In this document: one piece after another, positions 53,401-64,000 of the stretch
How positions within the stretch are numbered: position 1 is the first letter of the stretch
Layout: every line of letters starts with the position of its first letter
Assembly (NCBI GenBank): GCA_037379345.1
Contig: CM074518.1
Coordinates: forward strand, 6,820,001-6,884,000
Reading direction: 5' to 3'
Source of the DNA: Perna viridis
Taxonomy: Eukaryota
DNA: 64,000 nt
Notes under the pieces: model-generated
The model's database searches: none
Seen by the model: the letters and a program-made list of their open reading frames with translations, nothing else
What the model was told of the DNA's origin: nothing
Program-made: the position numbers and the translations under genes

Positions 53401-56400
53401 AATTCATCATTCGTGAGAATCAAAATACCAATAACAGTTAAATCCACTAACAAAATACTACTTAACATAAACAGGATTTAATAATAACACTAGAAATGTA
53501 TTGAGTTTAGCAGCAATAAAATTCAACATAAAGATATACTCCTGAAATAATACTTAGTGAATTATTGTTATAGATGTGTAATAATAACCTGGACGTTTCC
53601 TCCCTGGTGGAACATAAAGAGCTCTCTCTTGTTTCAGTAACTTTTTAACTTTTGCTTCTTTTTTTGACAAACTAGTATCAGCTGACATAGAATCATTACT
53701 TGAAGAATCATGTAAATCTGAAATAAAAAGGACATCATCATCATGACCAGTTATTGCACAACTAAAACCACCATTATCATGACCAGTTATTGCACTATTA
53801 AAAGCTATCATTTAAATTGTGCTCATCTTTTGGAGTGTCCTATCAGTAGAATTAATTGCATTCAGTGCACAGCTCTGTTCAACACCTAAATTTACAACCT
53901 CCTTGCCTATCTGCCTAATACATGTACATACAAATCTACTTACTCAAGATTGAGTGACTGTAATATGTTACATGAAAATTATCAAAAAAAAGTTACACAA
54001 TAATTCATCTATAATGATTACCAATACACTTTGTAATGGTTCAAATTGATACAGCTCAGAGATTAGTTTCAAATTGATCAGAGATGTATATAATTTTAGT
54101 CTTATTCAGAAAGAGACAAAAGAAGTTAACCTACCAATATTAGACTGTTTGCGTGATGGAGCCACTGCGGCAATACTCTCTGATATCCTTGAACTCCAGA
54201 TGTTTAATTTAGCAATATTTCTTTTAGATGAATCTTGATCTTTAGAATCCTTTTTCTCCTCTATTATTTTATTTATTCTTGATAAAGTACTTTTAACCTG
54301 ACTTTTGTTTTCACTGGAGGTATTTGTATGCTTTTTCTGTTTAGTAGCATCATTACTTCTAGAGTCCTCATCATCAACAATATTACGTGTTATAACAATC
54401 TTTTTTAAATCAGTGTCAACATTAGCATCACTACCACTTTGTCCCAGTCGACTTTTTGCTGAGCCTTTATTCCATCTGCGTCTCTTAGAAACTTCTCTCT
54501 TAGTATCATCATCCTCCAGGTTGTTTTCAATCGTTCTTTTCAAGATCATTTTTCGAGGTTCTGAACTAGACACCTGTGTTTCACCTGTGTCAGATCTACT
54601 TGTTCCTATCCCTAATCTACTTTTTATTCCTTTGATTGTCCCTGCATTTGAGCTACCAATTGTATTATCTGAAGTTTCTTTAATTGTGGTACCCACTCTA
54701 GATTTGACACTTGCTTTAATTAGTGTTTTTTGCAGGTTACCAACTTTAGAGTCAATTGAATCTTTTGAAGCCTGACCACTACTGCTTTTAACAACAGCAG
54801 AATCAACCTTCCGACCAAGTCTACTATGGATACTGAGTCTCTGTGTTACTGAAAAAGAAAACGAAATAAAATGTTGCAATCTTATTTCCATTATACTGTA
54901 TCAATGATTGGAAGTAAAAATAAAAATGAAATATGATCACAATTACATTCTATTTTAATAACATAAGTATACACATAAATTTTTGAGCAATTGTGTATAG
55001 CTCTAATATAAGGAGAGCACATTTCCAGTTGCCAGCAAAAGATTTTGGACTTTTTCATATTGTAAAATTACCTATTTACACTTTACATCTAAAATTACCC
55101 TCAGGATAATTGTGAAGGAGACAAACAACAAAGACTATGTACCTATGAATGTTGGAAGTTTTGATGCCATGGGAATAAAGTCAAATTAAAGGCTGAGTTT
55201 GCAATATGCCAAGTTGTCATGTTCTTAAAAAAGATATTAATAACAAATGTGAAATAAGTATACTTATGATTTGTTTGTGCCAGCCTTGTTGACATGTAAC
55301 TCCAACCTTTCAATTCTACCAGTATAATTACCTTCCATGTTTTGTTTTTCTTCCTTTTGTCTCTCTTCTTCCACTATGATTTTACGCTGTCTTTTTAGCT
55401 GGGTAGAAATTACCCTGGTTTTTGGTGGTGAAACATTAACATCAACATCTGAAATACACAAAGAGAACTTTACTGAAATAGATAAGTTATAATGTGAAGT
55501 AGACATTATGCAAATTTAACCTGTATCACACAATTATTAAATACAAGATAAACAAGACCAATACATGTCTGGACTTGCATCACTGTCAAATATTTGTCAG
55601 CACATTAAACAAGTTCAAAAAAAAAAAACCTACAGTGTGGGTTACAAATTTTCATATGTTCTGTCCTAATGATAGCAAATACTGCTGAAATTTTTTTTAA
55701 CAAGCTTAAAATGAAGGAAAAAACTGATCAAATTTCTCCATAAAGGGACGTGGTGCACATCTTCAATATGTACAAAACCACTGTGCAAAGTTTGAAGAAT
55801 ATTGTCTTAATACTTTTTAGTGACATATTACACGAAGTAGGTACAGTTCACAATATAAAGAGCCAAAATGACTGAGTTTAACACCCTTAAAATGAAGGGA
55901 AATTTTAATCAAATTTCTCCATAAAAGGAGATGCACATCTTTATATTTATATAATCACTGTGCAAAATTTGAAAAGTTACTGGTTATACAAAGTAGGTAC
56001 CCTAAGCTTGACAGATGGATGGATGGATTCAATGGCTACTAGGCCTGTTTCACTGTCGAAGATGCAAGTAATACACAAAAGCACAAAAGTTTGTTTGAAA
56101 ATTTTTAGCTAAAGTTAACAATTTATACCTATGCTAGAAGGTATCCTCAAATCAATTATAATTAAGAATTCCAAAATACGCTTTACTCTAGATTTCATTC
56201 AAAAATACAAACTACTCTACATTGAGTCTAGAAATCTCATGTTTCAAAGAAGATCAAACACTGTCCATAATTTATTACCCTTGGCTATAAATATATATTT
56301 CATCCTTGATTCCGATCACATTACCTTTCCTCACAGCTCTCCTGATATCTTCCTGGTATTGTACTGGTTCTTCTTCAGAACTGGATACCTGTTCCTGTTC

Positions 56401-59400
56401 CTCTTGCTCTCCGTCAATATTCTGGTCTTCTTCCTCAGATTCTTCAAGATCTTGAGAACCAGGATCTGAAATTAATATGAATTTATGCGTAACTATTATT
56501 TTGTAAATTATATCTGAACTTACTTTTGATCAATTTAGTGTGCTTGCTCCAAATATAAGTGTTTCTGAACAATGTTTCCCATTTCAATTTTCTCTCCAGT
56601 CTTTACAGAAAGCAAATAATATAATTACAAGCTTTGAATTTTTTAATGACATATGTATTCATTACTTGGATCTCAATGAGCTTTATTTTTTTAAGATCCA
56701 GAAAATCTTGGGAAAGAATTAAGTTCTATTTTTGCAATCATATCTGTCAAAACAAATTAAAAATCAAAAAAAATCTTATGACTTAATAATTTTTGTTTTA
56801 CCAACATAACCCAAACCATAACTACAACACATAATACCTCCTATATCTTCATCAATGGCCTCATAAATGTCAATTTCTGGTTCTTCCCCCAAATCATCTA
56901 AATCATCACCATAGTCAGCATTAGTACTTTTCTCTATCACTGGAGTGTCATCTTCCTCTACTTTTTCCTCAACCTTCTTTAAAGGTTTTTTGCTTTTTGT
57001 TACAACTTTCTTGATAATTTTCTTCTTTTTTGGAGGTTCTTTTTTCACCTTCTCCTCTGTTTCCTTTATCACATTCTCCTCTGTTTCTTTTTTCATCTTC
57101 TCCTCTGTTTCAACTTCTCTGTATTTGTCTACTTCCCCTGAAAGAATACATTCACAAAATATTTACATACATGTATATAAAGTACATGTAAGTTTGTTAC
57201 AACTGAAAACAATTCCAGTATTTACGTGTACATGTATCTAGAAACAAACGTTACAATAATAATTACAATTTTTTGTATCTTGATGACACATTTTATGATA
57301 ATGAGTTTATAGATCAAAATAATGCTATCAAATCTGGGTCTGTTAAAAGGTTGAATTTCACAATTTCTGTTTATATTCTCGAAAAATATGTTCAATAATG
57401 AAACAGTTCAACTTGAGCATATTATCTAGTATTTAAAAAATCTGACTTGTTTATTTAACTACTCAAAAACAAAATGCCAATTTAGAACTTACCACTTTAC
57501 TGAACGTACACCACATCAAATACTTTCAAATTTTGATTTTTTCTTTGACATTTGAGATACTTTTAAGAATTTCAGCAAACAATACTATTACCATTCCACA
57601 CTGAATATACATGGACATTTTAATTAGGAACATCGGTAACTCTTAACAATTAGATTATTGTTAATTATTGACTCTATTTGCTCCTAGGAGTTTCATAACT
57701 TCTTTTTATAAACCAGTACACTTTTTAGAGACATAATCCTGTCTACTAACACATATTTGAGAAACTGTTTTAAGACTGAGGAAACAATCGTTATATTACA
57801 ATTTTAGTGTAAATGTAATAAATGATATAACTTACCAACTTTGACAATTTTACCACTTTTTAGTTCAATCAATCCCATAGATAACAAAGCTTTTGCCCTT
57901 TGTATTTCCTCTAAAGATTTCACCTTTATTTTATTATCTTCTGAACTGTCTGCAAAGTAAAAATGTGAAAAATGTGAGCGAGGTTACATATTAAATCATA
58001 AAAATAGGGCATTAATGGAACATAAAGTAATGTTGAAAAAAATAAGGGGATGGCAAAATGTTAAAAAAAATTTGATTTTGCTGAAATTGAATTTAACCTG
58101 CAGTTTATGGTACTAAAGAACTGTCCAAAGTTCACTGATCTGTTCTCAAGTTATAAAACAGTCGGGGGATGGAAAGACAATAAACAGACAAACAACTTTT
58201 CATAATACCTCGCCAGTTCATGTGGGGTGGAGTGGGGTGGACATCACTTGAACACATTATTTGTTGGTTACTGAGTAAAAGCATTGACCATTTTGTTTGT
58301 CTCCTGGAAAATAACCCAACATAGGAACAACTTGAAACATAACCCCATTTTTTTAAGTAAAGATTTCTAATTTGTATTTCTGTGAGGATTCATAAATAGA
58401 GGACAATTTCTGAAAAATTCTGCTGATGATATTAACACGTTCTACACAATGTACATACAACTTATATATAATTCTAGTTTATGTTTTAGACTATCATTCC
58501 TATTCAAATGCATCACCAATAACAATACAGTCGAACCTCGATGTGTCGAACTCAGATTAGTCGAAATCTAGGATAACTTGAACTAATTACAATTCCCAGC
58601 AAAACTCTCCTTACTCCAATACAATTTTACCTCGGATGACTCGAGGTAATCAATCAGTCTCCTCGATAGGACTTCGAGGCTGATTATCCCTGATGTCTCT
58701 AAGTCAACTATAATTAGTCGGAAAACTGATTGCTTTATTACAAATCATGATCGAAGTGTGTTTTAACAACGATTATTTTTAATTTTTAAAATTAATTTGT
58801 TGACACTCTTTATGGATTAGTTTATTTAATTAATTTATAATTGTGCGTGTTGTTACAAGAAACAAATTCTATTAATAACACATAGGAATTTACACCAACA
58901 GTGATATTGGATATTTTGATATTTTGAAAAAAAATACAGATGAATTGTAATGATATCTGACTATTTAATGAAACATCAAACAGACAATAGTAAGAGTACT
59001 TCAACGACTACACTCGTTTCGCTAGTGAATGAAATTTTATCGTACTAATGTAGAGCACATGGTTTGACGATACTCCTGATTGTGAATCAAATAAAGCAGC
59101 ATGTGATGAACTATGATGTTTTTGATGTAGAAAAAATAAAAATGAAATTTCACTAAAACACTTGGTGCCTTTCAGTATTTCAAATATGATATACAACATA
59201 CAAAAAAAATATCTTCCGATATGAAATGCCGTGCATAGTGAAGTACATGTACATCAAATGATGTAAATTCAGAAACAATTATTGACCAAACTACTAGTAC
59301 CAGTTTATCCTTGACCTCGGATTACTCGAACCTCGAATAACTGGAACATTTTTGCATGGTCCCTTCAACTTCAACTTAACAAGGTTCGACTGTATAACAA

Positions 59401-62400
59401 GAGTATAGATTTTACCTGCAGAATCTTTGATCTTGCTCAGACTGATCTTTTTTTGGGAAGAAATCTCCAGAGGCTTTTGACCCCTCAGTGATGGTGAATG
59501 ACCTCGTGATTGCCTTCCATATCCAGGTCTACGACTCTGGAGATATCTATCCTGAGGTCTTGAGATGGAGTTCTTGTTTAGATTGTATCTTCTAGGTGAT
59601 GGACTCCTTCGCCTGGGAGACCATCTTCTTGGGGATCTACTACGATCTCTTGAATATGATGGAGACCTTCTTCGAGGAGACCTACTTCTTCTTGGTGAAG
59701 GTGATCTTGACCTTCTTCTCCAAGGTGACAAGCTTCTAGGTGATGGAGATCTGCTATAATGACTGTCATAACTCCTCCTATCAGGACTAATGTCATACCT
59801 TGGTGATGATCTGATGGGAGATCTATTTGATTTAGGTACAAAAGGTCTACCTATAAAATAGTCTAAATCAGGAAGACCAGTTGAGCTAGTTTGCTTTGGT
59901 AGTATTCCAGTCTGGCTGGAGTTTTGTATGATAGGGATCTGACCAGGTTTCATGTTATCGGAACCAGCCTTAATGGAACTTGGTATCTGACTAGGTCCCG
60001 CCTGGATAGTTGTGATAGGTGATACAGATGACGTCACATCAATCTGACTTTTTATGGTAGAAATCTGTGATGTTGATGATGGTATGCTTGAGATTATGAC
60101 TTTATCTGCTGATATGACTTCATTTGATTGTCCATTTGGACCATTGTTGATTGTCCTAGTAATGCCAGTAGAAAAAGGGACCTGGTTACCAGGCTTTCTC
60201 AACTTCACAGGGGAATTCTTTTCACTTTCTACTTCAGAATCTGAAAATGAAAGTTAACAGGTAATACTATAGCACTATACTATACCTTCATAACTGACCT
60301 ACTTAACAAAATGAACTACCACATAACAGGTTATTTTGACAGCGGTTCAATTTTGGTTTATTTTCATGGATCAACAGTAGTCACGAAAATAAATCATGCA
60401 AAATTTTAAGCTGACGAACCTGACATTTTTTACTTAATTTTGATGAATCATGAGTAAATTTTACTTGTGAACACTCAATTCCAATACGCCCATTCAAGCC
60501 CGATCATAATAAATATTGAACACCAAATTAATTTCGCAGAAAAAACATACGACAAATATGAGCCACTAGATATCTCAAATATTTTATTTTTATCAATACA
60601 TGTAATATATTGTATTCATTAAATTATCGTTTTTAACATTGAGTCATTGAGTCTCAGTGAGTCATTTTTATGGTACATATTTTATTGATGCCGTTTTGTT
60701 TAACCTAGTAAAAACTATGCATACTGAGCACATTACCCCCTAAATTAATTTGCTATTCACTTTCAGACAGCACAAATAAAACCAGCAATAATATTTTCTC
60801 TATGTTTGGCTAAAAAAATCAACAAAATTTACCCCAGCCAAAATAACCTGCTAAACAGTAATTTATTTAAGATCCGCAATGAACACAAAAATTCTTAACC
60901 TATTTTAACACCTTATTTCCTATAAGAAAAACAGCAAGAGTGTTTACATATTCATAATAATTCTTTGAGATCATTCTATATGTTGTGCCCTCAAAAAAGA
61001 CAAATAGACTTAGATATAGCTAAATCAATTAAATGTTAAAAAACATATTATTGGTTGAGAACAAGTTCATTATAATTTCTTCCCAAGCTTCAAGTTGGAG
61101 AACCATCTTCCTGTACTTATCAATTTTATTATAAAAAAAATAGGGCATTTAGTGATACCCAGCCATGTAATAGTTAAAAAAGGGAGATGGCAAAATGTTC
61201 AAAATGGTATGACTTTTGATTTTGCTGAAAATTAATCTTAACCAGTATTTTATGGTATTAAACAACAGAGCAAAGTTTCAAGTAATCATTTTGCAACCGT
61301 CAGGAACGGACAGACGGACAGACTTTTCAGAAGGTATCACATAATACATCACCACTTCCTGTGGTGGAGTTACATGAAACAATGTTGAACATTTACTAGT
61401 AGATACCTGAGAAATGTACAACAACGGGTTGAATGACTGGTACCCCTGGTATAGGTGTAGGCTGGGATACTGGTAACTGACTGAACACTGGTGGTGGAAC
61501 ACTGGTGTCAGGCAAAGCAGGTTCTAAAATATAAATTCAATCTTTATATTAACTCATTTCACAGGCTTCAAGCATGTTCCATCCCCAAACTTCAGATGTT
61601 CCTATGTCCTCAAAAAATAATTATATTTTTGCTTATCTGGTACTACAAATGTACTGTTGATAGGCTTTCAGCACGATATGCCCAAAAATATCAGTGTTGC
61701 TATGTATATTTGGAAATGTTTGGTACCTTCAAAGATCTCAAGTAAAGAGAAGGAAGGTAAATCAATCCCATTTCATGTGTTTGTCAAGTAATTAATAGTA
61801 CCAGTATAGCCAAGTATAGGCAACAAACATGCTGCCTTTTAATACATTTTAGTTTTTAAAGTGAAAGTAAACAACTAATGTTACTGCTTGTCTTGATTAT
61901 TTCTTACATGTAAAGCAAATTACCAAACTATCCTAGAATGAATTATTCAAAATATAGAAATACTTTTCGTTTCTCATAATTACCAGAAACTAATGGGTTA
62001 ATCTGTATGGATGATGCATTAGGACGTGGCTTGAAGTGTTGATATTGACAGTTAGATTTACTGCAGCCAACTGGTTGGTTCTCCCAGTAACATGGTATCA
62101 CTTGTCTGTTCCTCTGCAAACAAAGAAAGGGTAAGGGTTTAATGATCAGTGGTCCTTTTCACAAAAAATCATAAGTGTAAAAGTAATCGTAAGTTATGAC
62201 GTCACAATATTTTGATTTACTATGACGTCATAACTTATGACTAATTTTACACTTACGATTTTTTTGTGAAAAGGACCACAGGTTGTTTGTGTACACTTTT
62301 ACGACTCAAGAGTTTATGTAAGTGGTGGTCTGAGGTCAAGGACACCTAATTTTTCACATGAAATGTTGTATTTCTGTACCTTGGTTCTAGATATTCAACC

Positions 62401-63406
62401 CTCTATATTGACACTTAACAGTGAACTTGATTTTCCTTAAGTGGACCACTGATTTCAAGTTTGGAAAAGGTCAGGACCTTCCACTCTTGAAAGCAAGAAT
62501 GGACTCCTGTAATTATTAGGTTTTTTTATTTTATTTTTCAAAATAAAATGCTTACAGAAAGATGGATGGACACCTGTATAACATAGTACATCCCATCTAA
62601 AAGGATGGGCCTATGACAAGGTACATGGTGTAGCTAATATATATTAAAACACTGATAAATATAACTCAACAGGGTTAGTTATCATTACAAACTTACTGCA
62701 TACTTGGGGTGGATTCATATGAATAGAAATGAATGATTAAGTGCCATAAAACATTGGTGTTACCTCTGTTGGCAGCTCTGCATGCCTGTATGGACAATTT
62801 GGTTTAGAACAGATGCCCTGCTGCCAGAATGTACAAGTAGTGGTGCACTTCTTTGCTGGCTCACAGTGTCTGAAGGCACATTTATCTCCCTACAATAAAC
62901 AGACTTATTACATGTAAGTCATGAGATATAATGAAAACCTTTGATATAACCATCATTTCCCCTTTCTGAGGTCACAGAAAACATACATGTATGATGGATA
63001 TATGCCATTTAAGTCAATGAATTGTGTCACTGTCATATCTGTTTATATAGTACATAGTAACATTGATAAAATTTACTTCCTATTGGCAAGATACATAGCC
63101 TTTCAAATACTGAAAAATGTTTCTTAGCAAATAGTAGATACTGCCTTAATAGTATGGCTATGTTGCAAATGTTATCATCCATTAATGATTGATCAGTGTC
63201 CAAAATGGCCACTTACATGTACATTGTACATTTTAATTTGTCATGCCTCTGAACATGACAGGATAAGGTATGAATTGTTTGATCCTGAAATCTTTATTTA
63301 GAAATAATTGACATATAATAACCAATCATACTAACAAATACATTTAACTTACCTTGCTACAAGTAGAGTTGTAAAAGAAATGACAATCGTTTCCATAAGC
63401 TGACAT
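50426..63406 (-). CDS. ZC3H11A: Zinc finger CCCH domain-containing protein 11A-like, 15 coding exons, ~1105 aa
   Basis: Exons: 63406-63353, 62889-62764, 62113-61984, 61523-61407, 60240-59416, 57949-57836, 57137-56838, 56465-56325, 55448-55332, 54848-54135, 53717-53589, 53373-53303, 52414-52276, 51299-51089, 50555-50426. All are GT-AG and phase-consistent, totalling 3318 nt. The N-terminus carries three CCCH fingers: [68 protein letters not shown] and IKTYSQIMEEKR repeats and the acidic C-terminus DDDLLREIDELLA are ZC3H11A hallmarks. An acceptor at 63416 implies an upstream non-coding exon. Confidence 0.9.
51644..51832. mobile_element. PIF/Harbinger-like MITE
   Basis: GGCTATTTCATAAA...TTTCTGGAATAGCC inverted ends, plus an internal GCAGAAC/GTTCTGC pair. 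Confidence 0.55.
53237..53297. repeat. Perfect 29-bp tandem duplication next to the ZC3H11A exon 12 donor
   Basis: AAGAACTTGACAATATCAGGACAGTTATA occurs twice. Confidence 0.9.
55548..56075. mobile_element. Helentron/pearl-like non-autonomous element
   Basis: Two ~180-bp internal units (CTTAAAATGAAGG..AATTTCTCCATAAA..TGCACATCTT..CACTGTGCAAA), a GATG microsatellite, and inverted CTTGCATC/GATGCAAG ends. Confidence 0.6.
58001..58230. repeat. Interspersed repeat copy (same family and orientation as 61137-61370)
   Basis: Shared AAAATAGGGCATT..GATGGCAAAATGTT..TTTGATTTTGCTGAAA..TTTATGGTA.TAAA. Confidence 0.7.
58528..59392. mobile_element. Non-autonomous pogo/Tigger-like DNA transposon, 865 bp
   Basis: TA|CAGTCGAACCT...AGGTTCGACTG|TA, i.e. 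terminal inverted repeats with a TA target duplication and subterminal TCGA-rich repeats. Confidence 0.88.
61137..61370. repeat. Interspersed repeat copy (pairs with 58001-58230)
   Basis: Same blocks as 58001-58230, plus a GGACAGACGGACAGAC microsatellite and a CACCAC..GTGGTG terminal hairpin. Confidence 0.7.
62150..62278. mobile_element. Palindromic MITE (PIF/Harbinger-like) with CAG target-site duplication
   Basis: CAG|TGGTCCTTTTCACAAAAAATC...GATTTTTTTGTGAAAAGGACCA|CAG, with ~55-bp arms that are nearly perfectly complementary. Confidence 0.85.
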
Positions 63407-64000
63407 CCTTATTTACTGAATAGCACAGAAATGTCAACACTTTCCAATGTTCAAATATCTTTGTGAAAGTGTTTATATGCTGTCTGTACTGCTCCACTAA
63501 TCCTTGTGATGTCTGTTGTTAGTCTAGGCTAGAAATCATCCAAGTTTGAATTTTCAGTCTATAAAAGTCTTGATTAATTTATTCAGTCATTTTATTCATG
63601 ATATTCCTAATACCAATATGAATCAAACCTTTAAAAAAACTATTTATAAACACATAACATACTGAAAAGATACACAAAGAAATAAACATGTTTTACCTTC
63701 ATTCTACGATTTAGAATATACATACAAATTCTGAAAAACACATAAAATGAAAATCACAACCATTCACTCACTCAATGACAAGACAAAAGGAAAAGGGTTA
63801 AAAAATCCTGAATAATGTAAAATAGGAAGAAATTCACCAAAAGAGATTTTAATTCCCTGAAATCTCTTATAATGATTTCTCATGTAAAGCATGTAAAATG
63901 ATCATAGGAATCATGCAATAAATAAGAATGGGAAAAAAAATTGTACTGTGTATTGAAGTATGACTGAATTAGGCTAAATTATGTATTCATAATAAATTTT

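Noticed and set aside
54305-60257. Plus-strand ORFs at 54305, 56131, 56945, 59565 and 60054 (also 50400 and 50945)
   Set aside because: They are antisense shadows of low-complexity ZC3H11A exons.
62691-62763. Alternative GTAAGT donor downstream of ZC3H11A coding exon 2
   Set aside because: The extension contains an in-frame TAA, and nothing in the sequence shows it is used.

Overview
AT-rich, intron-containing eukaryotic DNA. The repeat types suggest a bivalve mollusc, which is my inference from the repeats. I assembled four genes by hand from GT-AG sites and reading phase. (1) A decayed PHRF1-like RING+PHD gene fragment (minus, ~611-3319). (2) A 13-exon unprocessed CNDP2 (M20 cytosolic dipeptidase) pseudogene (plus, 5451-21817). 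It has three frameshifts, two nonsense codons, a GT>AT donor and a lost metal-ligand His, and I found no last exon. Relics of a second CNDP2 copy follow, one of them fused to a Penelope-like RT. (3) An intact 8-exon choline/ethanolamine phosphotransferase (CEPT1/CHPT1 family; minus, 30141-44611, 383 aa). (4) An intact 15-coding-exon ZC3H11A-like gene (minus, 50426-63406, ~1105 aa) with an RS/SP-rich exon. Introns and spacers hold many decayed Penelope-like retroelements, which look Naiad-type because the RT has no C-terminal GIY-YIG. They also hold pogo/Tigger and Harbinger-like elements, Helentron/pearl-like non-autonomous repeats and minisatellites. I cannot support a wholly new biological system here. 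The best leads are the CNDP2-exon/Penelope chimera, the splice-donor tandem array, a fold-back Penelope tail, a templated local insertion, the modular RS exon of ZC3H11A and a possible snRNA-type promoter.
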